This document shows positions 1 to 19,809 of a stretch of DNA of 64,000 nt, piece by piece. Origin of the DNA: Hormiphora californensis (Eukaryota; Animalia; Ctenophora); NCBI GenBank assembly GCA_020137815.1, contig CM035351.1, positions 2,604,001-2,668,000 of the forward strand, in the 5' to 3' direction. The notes under the pieces are model-generated. The model was not told the DNA's origin, did not search any database, and worked only from the letters and a program-made list of their open reading frames with translations. How positions within the stretch are numbered: position 1 is the stretch's first letter; each line of letters opens with the position of its first letter. The position numbers and the translations under genes were made by a program.

Positions 1-274
1 TTAGACCCAATTAACGCCAAATTAAGAGATGTTCTGGGGAAGTTTAAGTGGTAAACTTTTTTTTGGTGATTCTAGGGACCTATAGCATACTTTTAGTGAA
101 GGTCTCGCATGGTTATCTAATAATTCCTGCATTTGACTCAAATGCCTAGGACTATGGGTCTGGCACCGTACAGACATCAAAATAATATACAAATTCATTA
201 GAATCAACAAGTTCGAACTCTCTCCCATATTGACCCCTGATCTTGTTGTTACTCAACTCTGATCCCAACTGCAG

Positions 275-3200
275 GATTGGTTGAGTTAGTGTTTGCGTTG
301 AAGGAGACCCTTCCCGCGGGAGACAAGTCATCAGGAGACCAGGAGGCAGAGTCAGGGGAGCTGGAGGAGGTCAAGAATGTGAAACGCAGCAAATCTGGGT
401 CTACAGAGAAGGGTGCAATGCTGGCTAAGAGAAGGAAAATAAGAGTCAAGCAACAGAGACGTAAGTGAAGTAATCAGTGGTAAATAGCTGTCTGGCGCCG
501 CGACCCCATCTGAGCGCACTGAGAATCAAATGGGGTATGGCGCCGCCATACAGGTAAATAGAGTCTTCGTCTAGCATCATCATCATCGGCACACGGCTCA
601 TCGAATATAACGAGTTATTAGAGCACGTCTTTACCACGTGTGTTAGGAAAGAGCTCATAGGCAGCTTGCCAAGCACGGTTATTATAGCAAGGGCAATGTT
701 CAGCAGAATAATAATTGTGGAAAACAATAGGATTCCTATAGGATTCCTATATTAGGAAGGGTTAATACAATGTCACACAGGCAGTACCAGGTCACCCCCT
801 GATATGTCTCGACTATAATTTGTCTCATTTCCCAGGCAGTACCAGGTCACCCCCTGATATGTCTCGACTATAATTTGTCTCATTTCCCAGGCAGTACCAG
901 GTCACCCCCTGATATGTCGCCACTATAATTTGTCTCATTTCCCAGGCAGTACCAGGTCGCCCCCTGATATGTCTCCACTAGTATAAATCGTCTTATTTCA
1001 CAGGTAGTACCAGGTCACCCCCTGATATGGAGGCTAGTCCATGGATGGACATGGCCATGACATGTGACCTGATATTGAGACATGTAGTGGATGGTCAGGC
1101 ACGTGGAGCTGAGGGTGTCAGGCACTCCCTGACACAACTTAGGGAAACTCTAACTAGCATCTCACCCACATCGAGACTAATTGTGCTGTGCGGTCTTCCC
1201 ACATTCTACAGTAGAGGTATGTAGCGACACTCATTGGGTCTAGTCGGGGTCTAGCAGGGGAGAATAATGATATTTGGCAGCACCGACCCAATTAAGATAT
1301 TACCTAAGACATTTCCTAGTATTAATAATATGCTAATTATATTTTAGAACGTGTTGAGAACGCTCTCGAACGGTTATGTCGAACGTATGGCAGCTGTGTA
1401 GAGGTATTTGTACCCTCGCACCAGTTCCCCGCTTCCTCTGAGAAAGGGGAGGAGCTCTGCAAGGGGGTCGCTGTGATCCAGTTGAACTGCCAGGAGAAAG
1501 TGAAAGAGGTGACAGATGCTCTGGATGACAATAAGTTCCTAAAGGGAGATGTCAGTGGTAATTCTGATAATAATCGGGCATACAGTGTGGTCACACTTGA
1601 TCCAGACTTTCAATGCAGGTAATAACAGTTATACTAACTAGACTCCCAGTAGTAATGGGAACTACAACTAAAACGATACGTAAGAACGATAACGGCAATT
1701 ATTTCCTGACCACCCTCCCTCCCTATAACAGTGAAGACACATCATCCCTGATTTCTAACGCTGTGGAGCTGTATGCCATTCACAAGCTACTGACACCTGA
1801 AGGAAAGCTAAACGCCGCCACAGAGCGAGTACTAACTGATGTGTACAGCAGTTGCCCGGGAAAACAACCTCTCAGCAAGGTAGGTGGGGTGGACCCAGCA
1901 AGGTGACAAGGTAGGTGCCAAGGTAAGGTCAAAGGTGCCAAGTGTTGTGAGAACATGGTACGTGGGGGGTAACCAGCGAGTTTTTATAATAGCTGCCCAC
2001 CTTCCCATCTCACAAGTTGAATAATCATTGTTTGGTGCAAAATAAGACGTCTAATGGGCCTCAAACGATGGTTATTCAGACTGTGTATGGTGGGTCAATT
2101 TCTAAAAAAAGATTCTACAATGAGATGAGCTGTGTCCGCTCTACTAACCCCGCTCTCTCCCCCTCTTCAGACATCGTTCAGCAACACTTCCGAGTTCAAC
2201 CTACTTCACGGACTAATGTCAACACTACAGGGGGATTACATTGCCCTAACGAACACCCTGTTCAAAGACCACGGAGAGAAACTCCCAGAACCATCCACCG
2301 AAACAAATCTGGCCTTGTCTGGATTCCTGGCCTGGGCAACTGAACTAGCAGCCACCCAACCAGTGGAGTTGTTAAGGTGTATACTGGGAACAGGTCATGA
2401 CCTCCAATACCAACTGGTCTATCCGGTAGATCCAGACTATCTAGACAAGATGGGGAGAGTGTGCAGTCCCGCCACAGACCGGGCTCTAGTTCATTATATC
2501 AACCAGCTCTGTAGAGCGAGAGGGGTCAGCTCGTCCCGTATCTATGCCCAGGAGTTACTAATTACCGAGACTTCAGATCCTGATCTGGCACCCCTAACCA
2601 CCCTTCCAACTCCATACCTGAGGCTCCGGTTTGCGTTCCTCCAAGTTGTTAATACCTCCGTATCCCACTATCTCCTACCCGCGGTATCACTGGATACAGG
2701 GAGGTTCCACTCTCTCGGCTCCCTCCTGGTCCGATCCCGAGATATCCTGTTCTATGACATCAAGCTATCCTTCCTCCACCATGTCTGTAACACGACAGAT
2801 AGACGATCCGGGGACAGCGTCCCACCTGAGATCATATTCGACCCTCTTACATTCGTCCACCAGCCGGACAGATCCCCCGATAACACAGTCACATTACTGG
2901 CTAAACAACAGCTTGCCAGGACGCCATCGCAGGAGCTGTGTGTTAAGATAGCCAGTGGGGGAGACCCCATCTTCCCCTTTAATGTTAAACTAACGGGAGA
3001 GGTGGTCCAAGGGACTAGTGGGAGTTTCAGGTATTTCATGTGGTTAGTAGCCCAGGAACTGCAAAGCAGTGTCCTCCCTGTGTTGGTGGAGTGCCCCAGT
3101 GCGAGTGCAGGGGAGAACAAGGGACGGTACCTGCTGTCACCCCGGAACATTGACTATGACAATGAGGCTCTCCTTCGGTTCTTTGGAGTTTTGTTGGGTG

Positions 3201-4152
3201 TTGCCATCAGGAGTGATGTCCCCTTTGCTGTGGATTGTCTGGCACCCTTCTGGAGGTGCATACTGAACGAGGAGGCTGGTGGGATCAGACAGAGTGACAT
3301 CATCACGTTCAACTTTCTGAGAGATTTGGAGTCCCTGAAATGTGAGACAGAGTTTAAGGAGATGGTGGTTAAGACGTGTTCAGGTCACTTCTCTGAGGAA
3401 GAGGAATGTGCCCTGGGGTGCCCCTACCGGTTTACCTATTCCTCCCTGGACGGGAGAGAAGTGGTCCTCCAAGCTGGATCCCCTCGTCTCACGTGGAGTA
3501 ACTTTACACCACTTCATACGGGCTGTCAGGGAGCTGAGGAGCTGTGAGGTCGAGGCTGCCTAACCTAATTCCGATCATCCAATCTGGCCTAGCCTCTGTG
3601 GTCCCACTGGAGCCCCTCAAATTACTGGGACCTACAGATCTCGAATTGAGGATATGTGGTCAGCAGCATGTTGACATCTCCTTTATTAAACTTCACACAA
3701 TCTACCAAGTGGGAATTACGGCATCCGATAAACATATAGAGTACTTTTGGAATGTAGTTGAGAGTTTGAGCCAGGAGGATTTGAGGAAATTGATCAAGTT
3801 CGCTTGTAACCAAGAGAGAATCCCCTTCACTTGCCCCTGCCAGGTAAGAGGCTTTGAGAAGCACCCTTCTGGGATTGCCTTGTTTTTATTCTGAAGTTTC
3901 TGAACTCCAAGTCCAACAAACACCCCCACCCCAACTAACACCCACCCTCCCCTTCAGGAAAGTGGAATGGAGGCATCTCACGTGCCACCCTACCCCATGA
4001 AGATCGCAGCTGCGGAAGGAAGGGACGAGAGGCTTATCAGGAGTGAGACCTGCATGTTCATGATCAAGCTACCACAATATAGCAGTGAAAAAGTTATGAG
4101 GGAACGGATCCTTCAGGCCATCAACTGTCGTGATGACCCCCTCTCTGGTTGA
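275..4152 (+). CDS. HECTD4: HECT E3 ubiquitin ligase HECTD4-like, 3' part (exons approx. 275-460, 1004-1217, 1348-1617, 1710-1879, ~2080-3843, 3957-4152); 5' end lies outside the window
   Basis: ORFs 2132-3547, 3544-3894 and 3967-4152 give a HECT domain ending ...LIRSETCMFMIKLPQYSSEKVMRERILQAINCRDDPLSG*, matching the HECTD4 C-terminus with the catalytic Cys. GT-AG junctions are present. Frameshift near 3500 is probably a sequencing indel. Confidence 0.9.
776..1026 (+). repeat. 55-bp tandem repeat (4 units plus the true exon start) built from a 3' splice site and the first 25 nt of a HECTD4 exon
   Basis: cag|GCAGTACCAGGTCACCCCCTGATAT starts at 781, 836, 891 and 946; the in-frame exon starts at 1004. 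Confidence 0.9.
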
Positions 4153-4498
4153 AGAAGGGGTCGTAATGACCCCCTCTCCGGGTGAGGGGTCGTGTGAACA
4201 ATGTTTGTTTGGGGTTTCTTTTGTTTCTAGTTAGGCGCTGTCTTAGTGTTAGCATGGGATGAATTTGTAATGTGGTGCAGTGCACCAGGACGTAATTTAT
4301 AGAGGGATAATAATACTCTGGTGAGACAATAAAGGGAAGTAGTTTTCAAAACTATGAATATGTGCGTGTTAGCTGGTTTGGTTTTGTTTTTTTTCTGTTG
4401 TGTGCTATTGTATAGAAAGTACAGTATTTGAGAGAGAGTGAATAATAATTTGTGTGGGGAAAAGAGCGAGGTTGGGAAGGAGTAACCTCCGAGAAAAG

Positions 4499-4588
4499 TT
4501 GGTGACATTGACACCTAGTGCGTGCGAGATCGAGCTCGCACATGTGTGTGAGCTCAATCTTGGTCGCGCACGGTGTCTATGTCACCAA
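4499..4588. mobile_element. 90-bp palindromic micro-element with TTGGT...ACCAA termini
   Basis: Arms ttggtgacattgacacc / ggtgtctatgtcaccaa (16/17 complementary); flanks cGAGAAAAG and tGAGAAAAG (9-bp TSD with 1 mismatch). Confidence 0.7.
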
Positions 4589-5282
4589 TGAGAAAAGTAG
4601 ATGATATCGGCAATTGAAAAAGAGATGGTATAGAGATTTTGAGAGATGTGACACGTTCTCGCTGCCCATTTGTTATACAATGTACTACATCTTTCTCACT
4701 GTTATTAAACCCCGACTATTTTAATATCCGATAATAACGGGGACCATCCACACTGAAAGACGTGTCTACATCTCGACCGACGACCTTCAGCGCCGCGTTT
4801 AGTAACTAAACGTGTGTAGCGGTGCCGACGCCATTTTCATCCTCAGATCGGGTCGGTGCCGCCAAACTGAAATAAACACGCTCACGGGTTATGTTCTAGG
4901 GCGAGGTGTCACATTGACTCACGGTTAATTATATAGCTAGATTGACCGTGGTCCGTGACGCATCGCCCTACAAAACACCCTTCCTGAGCGGCACGTTGTT
5001 CACCAGGATGGCCCCCAGTGTAATAACAAATTGAAACTCGGGATATAATTACTGATAAAATGAGTTCATACCTAAAGTTGTATAAATCATAATTCATAAC
5101 CAATGATAGCTCGCACAGTCAGTGTGTAAACCACCTTATATCACCTCACAGTCGTGATACTAAAAACACCCCCTTTTCTCTCAGTCTACTCATGTCCCGT
5201 GCATTCACAGCATATATTTCAAACATCAAACCAACTTCCCCGATGAAAAAAAGAAAGAAACAGAACGTTTGACTCAACATCA

Positions 5283-12204
<6,922 letters not shown>

Positions 12205-12616
12205 AACGTCTCTTTACATATTCAGTATTCACCCTATGAAGGAGGGAGAAGAAATAAATTATCTGAAATAAATAATCACTCATATTGCAACGTTTGCCTC
12301 ATTCGTGCAAACTTTACACATTCTATCATCTCAAATACTTGCATTAAAAGACTAAACCACATTAGGACAAATGTTAAATCACTGGGATTCGGTACACTGT
12401 AAACAAGGTTTTATTAATTAATGGATAAAAATAGTTTAAAAATATTTTACATAAATGAATAAAAATTGGTCCAGTAACCAAAAAATTGCATGCTGTTGAA
12501 ATGAACTATAAAATATGAATATCAAAAAAAGATTAATGTTAAAATGAACTAGTCTCACTAGTTTTACCACAGGGTACGACATCGTTTGCTCTATCCTCTC
12601 TCACAGTCTACACAGA

Positions 12617-14513
12617 TTAGGGACTTGTACCGCGGTTTGCAACGTAATATCTGGAATCATAATGCCCCTGCTTGGATACTTTCATATTGATGGTAGTGTC
12701 AGATATGTTTCCTTTTCTTTTCTCGCCAGGTTTGCTACATTTCTTCTCTAGCTGGTCGACTGCTTTTTTAATCATATACTTACGATATTCAAAAGCTTCA
12801 AACTTAACCCAGAGAATAGTGCAGGCATAGAATTTGGCACTACTAACCCCTTCAACCCCTCCAATTTCAGTATCCCCCAAATCAAAGGGCCTATGGGCTA
12901 TGGCCCAATTTTTGGTCCAAGACCCAAATTATTTTCATCTCATTATCATCCTCGTCCTCATTAAATTTTTCGCCCACGCCAAACTCATCCTGAATGTCTC
13001 CACTGCCTTCCTCCACTACACAATACATTGTTTCACGGGTACATCGTTCGGGAAACTTATCCGCAAGGTATGACTCGTCCCCAGAACCCTGCTGCGCAAT
13101 ATCAACAATTTCAAATCCGTCATAATCACTTAGAGGTAACGGAAGATATAAGCACTCGAGAAGTGGTTGAAGGTAGATCGAGACACATCCACCCGTCTTC
13201 TCAGCAGCAGTCAGTACTGCGTTAACCAGGACAGCATCTTGACCTTTGAGTTGTGCCGCCTGAGCCCAGGTTAGCGGATCCTCGGCTTTACTGTTTGGGA
13301 AGATCTCTTTATTGGTGTACAGGTGATAACAAGGAAATGCAAAGGAGATTGGGTCTTGAAGGTCCTCTGGTATAAAGGCCGCGTCATGACAGAGCTCAAC
13401 AAACTTTGCAGCTAGTGAACTTTCCCGCTCAGATGAGTTTAGACGTTTTGGTAACACTGCACTGCTGAGACCAGCCGATGGAAGCTCTTGGGTTCGCTTC
13501 TCCTTGATTTGCAGGAAAAATTCAGCCGTCAGTCGTATTCCTTTCTCTATCTTTAAAACTCTATGATGTTTGTTATTGTTAGAGAAAAATGCGGTTAGAT
13601 GAAGCTCATTTGAGTTAGGTAGCTCCCAAGTCGAGTTATTCCACGAATTTTTGGGTTTGTGGCCCTCCAAAAGAAGATTTTTGTCACTGAAAGTAATTTC
13701 CATGGCACCCCCTTCGTAATAGGCACCGGGCAGTTGAACAACCAGAGTTCCAATCATTTCACTATCATCGTCATTGTGTTTCTTCAACTGTCCATCACTT
13801 CCCTTGGTCATCAAATTGATACTTTTTTGCTCAGCGATCAAGTCAAATCTCTCACAGTCAATCCCCAGATTCTTTTGAACCTCTTTCAAGACTCCCGACG
13901 CTGCTAATTCCTCACTCAGAGTCAGAGGATTTTCATGATTTTTGAGGTTAACCATAACCTCAAACTGATCACCCGGTAGCTCATGCTCGTCACAAACACC
14001 CATATAGCACTGAAACAATCAGTTAAATTAGAGAAACAGATATTTTAGTGGCGAAATCAATTTTACCAAAAAAGAAGATCATACGAGAGACTAGAGAGGA
14101 CGGGAGTTTTAAGTCACTGTATCTAGCTACACACATAATCTACTGTGAGTGCTCACCTTGATGGCGCTTACATCTAGTAATGGCGCTAAACGGTCCTGCT
14201 GCTCAGCAAGTACCGCTTCACGCTTAACCTCCCGGTATGCTTTTCTATGATTTCCACTACGTGACTTCTCCTCTTCCTCACGTTTCTGTATTTCTGCAGC
14301 AATTTGTTCCGTGTTGGGAGCCAACATAATACATGAAGGATCAGCTGTGGTGTCACCGTTAGTAGGTGGGTTAAGGATGATGAGTTTGGGGGCCTCTTTG
14401 AGCTTCATGCATGCTCTGGTTGCAAACTGACATTGTAGCTCGGTTAGAATGCTCTTTAATTCTTCGCTTCTCCCCTCTGCATACTCGATCATGTCATCAT
14501 CTGTTCCATACAT
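12617..14513 (-). CDS. 2OG-Fe(II) oxygenase (prolyl-hydroxylase-like fold, fungal/bacterial-type family); intron at approx. 14010-14156
   Basis: HNDDDSEMIGTLVVQLP...YEGGAM (HxD), distal KHHRV...GIRLT (His and 2OG-binding Arg), followed by HLYT...LKGQDA and GVEG...FY motifs. Frameshift near 12885. N-terminus may extend further. Confidence 0.75.
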
Positions 14514-15893
14514 CCTTGAATATACCACGTGCGTTTTGGTACATGCGCCACACGGTGACAGGTTACAATCGTGCCTCTGCAAGACTACAGTGACAAGTCA
14601 CAATTGCGCATGACAGCCCTCACTTGCCCTCAATTTTCGGGAAAAATCCGCATATCAATCGTCGGAAAGAACATAATTTTGTGAGTCCGTAAAAATTTTG
14701 TTTGACGAAATTGGTCAAGAAAAATAGGCGCGAGTCGTGAGAGCCAAATCAAGTTTCCGGTGCACAAATAAAAAATAGTGTGACAACAAAAACCGACTTT
14801 AAAGCGAACTTTTTGCAACAAATCAGAGCATTTCACGCACATCACACGTCGCTACTGTCTTCTCGGAAGGTATCGGAATAGCGATTGGGTGTCTTACTTG
14901 CAGTACCGCCGACCGCGAGCAGTCAATTGAAATGCTATCGACTGCGACTTTCATGAGAAATACGACATCGTGTGTTACTGCAACACGCTCTCAGCTCTCT
15001 CCCTATATTTCTATGGTAGGGTGTGCTAGTCGTTTGTGCGGAAAACTTAAGACGCGTACGGGCTAGCCTTAGGCGGGCTAGTGGCTAACCTTGAACGCTC
15101 CGAAAATGCGGCATTATAGGTCGAAATACTGCCCATACAGCTGTAATCCCCAACATGGTACAATAAGCAACTTGAGGATATGTGGCATAAGCGGTTTGTC
15201 CTAAATAAACATCCAAAGTTCAACACATTTGCCGTGAGCAGCAGAGGTTGCGAACCAGGGACGCTGGAGCTGAGGCATAATGTGGAAATATCCACTGTTT
15301 AACGTATGCCGTTGGATGCAAGGGATCTGAAATGCGTTATAATGTCCAAGCGTTCGCAGTGCTCCTGAGCATGCCAAAAAGAGAGTGAGGACACCAAAAC
15401 TTTTGTTTGCACAGAAAAATTTTGAGATTTCGTTTTTTCGGATCACGATTTGAAATCTCGTTTCATTAAATAAAAGCGATGCGTCGCGTCGTAATACAAC
15501 GTGACACGCGTCAAACTTCCATTTAACGATGCATAAAGTGCGCGCATTCGTATCGCGAAACCAAAAATTTCAAAAAGTTTTCCACGTTTTTTAAAACTTT
15601 AAAACTCGTTCAAGCAAGTTCAAACGTGTTTCTCGTTAGTCGTTACTTGTTAGAAAGAGTACCCGTTTGTGTTACTGATTTATTGCGACAATAATTAGCT
15701 ATGGGTCATGGTCCATGGAAGATGATATTTCCCATCGCGTATCAAATCTATTTTATTAACGTTTAAAATTCAATTAAGTTTCTTCAATTTTCAAGTTAGT
15801 ACCGATCAGCTGTACCAACTCTGAACTCCCAGGTGTCTTTTATATTTTCCAATTTCTACGACCTAAACCTCAAATTTATATCTACTAGAAATC

Positions 15894-18850
15894 ATGGCAT
15901 CAGCAGTTGAGGGTTCATCCAGAGAGCGAGGAGAGTCGTCACGGCGGGACGAGCGGGATCCCGCATCGGTAATGTGCAGAAGATACATGGTGGGTAAATG
16001 CAGAAAGGCAAGGAAATGTCCCTACTCTCACTCCATGGAACATCTCCCGACATCGTTCTGTAAAGACTTTATCTTTCGTAAGTAACAATGCGATAAATTA
16101 TCCGGCGTCCACCATTGATACTGAGTTCTGAACAAAACTGACCAAATCCTACTCTCAGGTCACTGCAAATATGGTGCCCGATGTAAGAGGCGTCACCTTA
16201 ACCCCCGCGAGGAGAACAGAAGGGAAGTACTACGTAAGAAGTTCATTATCAAGAAGCAGATGACCTGGCACGAGGCCAACAGTTTCGAGCCTGGTGCACC
16301 CAACCATTTGGAGAGGAGGCCCTTACCTCCCGGCACAACGTGAGTGTTACTCTATCCGGGCTGTTGTTTTCTGTGTCCGTGTGTAACACTCTGCATCTGT
16401 GTGTACCACTCTTTGTCAGTGTGTAACACCCCGTGTTTTCAGGTCACTAGAGGAGCTGAAGGGGGAACCCCTTTGTCAGCACGCAATCGAGGGGACCTGT
16501 GAAAACGACCCATGTGTATTTCTCCATGGCTTCCAGTGCAAATACTGCAAGAAACCTGTCATCCACCCATTTGATAGAATCCAGGGAAGGACGCACATAG
16601 AACTGTGCTCCAAAACATCTGTTGTAAGTACTGATGTATCAATCTGATTGACAGTTAGCTACTCAGCTTAGTACTTACTACACACCAAGATTATTGACCT
16701 TTCATCTCTTCCTAACATCTATCCCTCCTCTCCTCGTAGTTGCTAAAGAACTACGTGACGCTGATTAAAAACAGTGAAGTTGAAGAATGTTCGATTTGTT
16801 ATGAGAAGGTGTTGTGTGCGGAGAAGAAAGAGGAAGAGAGGAAGTTTGGTCTTCTACCTGGGTGCATGCACAAGTTCTGTCTGCCTTGTATTAGAAGGTG
16901 GAGGAGCTGTACTGAGGGCACAGTCTCTGTAGAAAACAGGAGAAGTTGCCCTAACTGCAGACAGAAGAGCTACTTCGTGGTACCATCTCAGGTATGCGTG
17001 TGTACTCAAAGTAATAATAAGAGTTTCAAGATGTATACTTTATATTATACTCTGTGCACAAAGAATCAATATAGGAGATTTATACCCAGTTTTTTCTACG
17101 TAAACGCTTGCTCTTTTCCCAAAGCCTAACCCTCACTCCCACAGGTCTGGATCCCTGATGGGACCAACAAGAAAGCCTACATTGATGAATACAAGAAGGA
17201 TCTAAAGAGGAAGCCTTGTAAATATTACAGACACAGTGGTGATTGTCCCTTCAGTACGAACTGCTTCTACTCACACGAACAGATAGATGGACAGGTAAAG
17301 CAGTGTGTGTTTGTGCGTGTGTGTAAATGATATGTAGCGCAGTGAGCTGTTATACAATCCAATCTTTGCCTCTGTGTGTTTACATATTACATGTATGGAC
17401 AGGTATGTAAAACAGGAACAAGATAAATATTCTCACTTGTTTTCTCACTCTCTCTCTCTCTCTGACACAACACGCCGGGAGCACGCCTTATTGTGAGGTA
17501 GTGTGTGTAGCATGTGTAAATAATCTGTAGCGCAATTCAATTGTATGTCCGTCTGTGTTTACATGTTATTTGGCATGTGCAGTGGTATGTGTGGCGTGTG
17601 TAAACTGTAATTGCTTCCGAAGTGAAATGGTCACCGTATTTTACACTTGCCTAGCTCGACTCTCTTTCCGTTACAAATGTAAAGGAGGGTTAGAACATAA
17701 CACAACGCTGATAATTAGCCAATCAGTTCTTCCGTCTAGTTTGTTTCTATGTGTAACTATATGTGTCACGCGACGTGTGTTTAATTCTAATTTCACTGTC
17801 ACACACACACTCTTCACTCTAACTCGTTCTATATCCTCCTGACAACTCTTTAACCCCATCTCCCAAACTAAAAACTCCCTGTTTATTCTCCCCATCTCCC
17901 AAACTAAAAACTCCCTGTTTATTCTCCCCATCTCCCAAACTAAAAACTCCCTGTTTATTCTCCCCATCTCCCAAACTAAAAACTCCCTGTTTATTCTCCC
18001 CATCTCCCAAACTAAAAACTCCCTGTTTATTCTCCCCATCTCCCAAACTAAAAACTCCCTATTTATTCTCCCCATCTCCCAAACTAAAAACTCCCTGTTT
18101 ATTCTCCACATCTCCCAAACTAAAAACTCCCTGTTTATTCTCCACATCTCCCAAACTAAAAACTCCCTGTTTATTCTCCCCATCTCCCAAACTAAAAACT
18201 CCCTGTTTATTCTCCCCATCTCCCAAACTAAAAACTCCCTGTTTATTCTCCCCATCTCCCAAACTAAAAACTCCCTGTTTATTCTCCCCATCTCACAAAC
18301 TAAAAACTCCCTGTTTATTCTCCCCATCTCCCAAACTAAAAACTCCCTGTTTATTCTCCCCATCTCCCAAACTAAAAACTCCCTGTTTATTCTCCCCATC
18401 TCCCAAACTAAAAACTCCCTGTTTATTCTCCCCATCTCACAAACTAACAACTATTCAGGGTATCACGTTTACTCCGCGGACAGAGCGAAACAACTCGGGT
18501 GGTGGTGATGAGATAGAGCTACTGGACAACATCGTTATTGATGGGGGTCAGGAGACGAACTTTGAAACTCGTCTCCAGCAAGTCAGGTCTAGGATCAATA
18601 CTTGGAGGACAACAAGAGGTGCTGGCGGGGCCTCCAGAGATACCTCTAACTTCCTTAATGAGCTAATTAACGAGGTATGTGTGTCTGATGTTACTTCTTC
18701 CTTGTACATCAATGTACAGTCAGACCCCGATTTATCGGAACTTCCGCCAAATATCCCGGTAAATCGGGGTGCGTCTGTACACTGCATACTGCAGAGTTTA
18801 TACAGCTCCGGGCTTTATCTCCTCTAACCAACTCTATCTCAGTTGGATAG
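15894..18850 (+). CDS. MKRN: Makorin-like CCCH zinc finger/RING E3 ligase (exons approx. 15894-16077, 16159-16339, 16443-16623, 16740-16991, 17145-17294, 18459-18674, 18806-18850)
   Basis: CCCH fingers (CRRYMVGKCRKARKCPYSH), RING CSICYE...RKFGLLPGCMHKFCLPCIRRWR...RSCPNCR...SYFVVPS, and C-terminal CCCH PCKYYRHSGDCPFSTNCFYSH. Confidence 0.88.
17854..18448. repeat. 36-bp minisatellite (about 16 copies) ending at the acceptor of a makorin intron
   Basis: Unit ccccatctcccaaactaaaaactccctgtttattct; the last unit runs into aaactaacaactattcag|. Confidence 0.95.
18717..18777. mobile_element. 61-bp Tc1/mariner (pogo/Tigger-like) micro-MITE in a makorin intron
   Basis: TA|CAGTCAGACCCCGATTTA...TAAATCGGGGTGCGTCTG|TA: TA TSD and imperfect TIR. 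Confidence 0.7.
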
Positions 18851-19042
18851 TTTGACCATGTCCCTGGGAGGAGCACAAAACAACACAGACAGCTAGATAG
18901 CAGTTGGAAAAAGGAGATGCAATATCGTGGAGAAAATGGAGAGATGAGAATGAGAAGAGTCAAGAGAGTTATTGGCTTTGAAGAAAGAGAGAGAGAGAGA
19001 GAGAAGAATCTAGAAACTTGATCGCGACGGAAAAATGAATAC

Positions 19043-19073
<31 letters not shown>

Positions 19074-19809
19074 ATTGCTCATTAATTCGTAATCAATTTG
19101 CTATTTAGTTGCTAAATGTATTTCCTAAATATCACCCTGTCCCTTCTTCCCTAGCTTGAATTTGCCTGATTATTTGTCACCAATACACGTCCATTGACCT
19201 CAAACATTTAACGGCTATTTTATTCCTTAAAAAACAAGAAAACTCTGTAAAAAGATAACAGAATTATATGTGTGTAATATTATTAACATATCTCGGGTTC
19301 AATCAATGTAGATAATGTGTTTTTAGACGAAAGGCTGAAGATTACTATTGTTTCTATATAATCTTGATTAAAAATACTATATAGATATTCAATAACAATC
19401 AATTATCGCAATAAGAAGTATGCTAGTTGATTGTACTTTAAATATGCTTGGGAAATATATCACTTTTTAACTCAGGGGTTGGCACACTTTTGTAGCAACT
19501 AACACTTTATTTCACGGCTTTTGCCATCATATACACTTTAGCTTCCAATTTACTGATTTTGTTAGACTACAAAAGTGTGCCTTATGTGTGTGTAAGCTGT
19601 ATCTGTGTGTGATCTTTCGGTGTATCGTATAGGGCTGGTTACTATTCACTTTTCAGAGAAATTCGTTCTGTATGAAATTGGTTGTAACCCGGTACAAATA
19701 TATGTGTTTCTAAAATCAAGGCTTATTTCTAAAAACACTCGTTTTATTTGACCCTGGCTTTCTGGCAACCTAATTTTCAACTCCTCTGACAAATTTGCAG
19801 TCCTAGTCC

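Noticed and set aside
14630-15800. CpG-rich region between the divergent oxygenase and makorin genes as an ncRNA or element
   Set aside because: No tRNA, snRNA or SL RNA motif and no TIR/TSD recognised; probably promoter sequence but not supportable in detail.
17671-18450. 259-aa repetitive ORF (WEMGRINREFLV)n
   Set aside because: Antisense translation of a 36-bp intronic minisatellite; it is open only because the unit is a multiple of 3 without a stop.
19473-19581. hAT-like start caggggttggcacactttt with a 15-bp inverted repeat
   Set aside because: Right terminus incomplete and no TSD; at most a relic.
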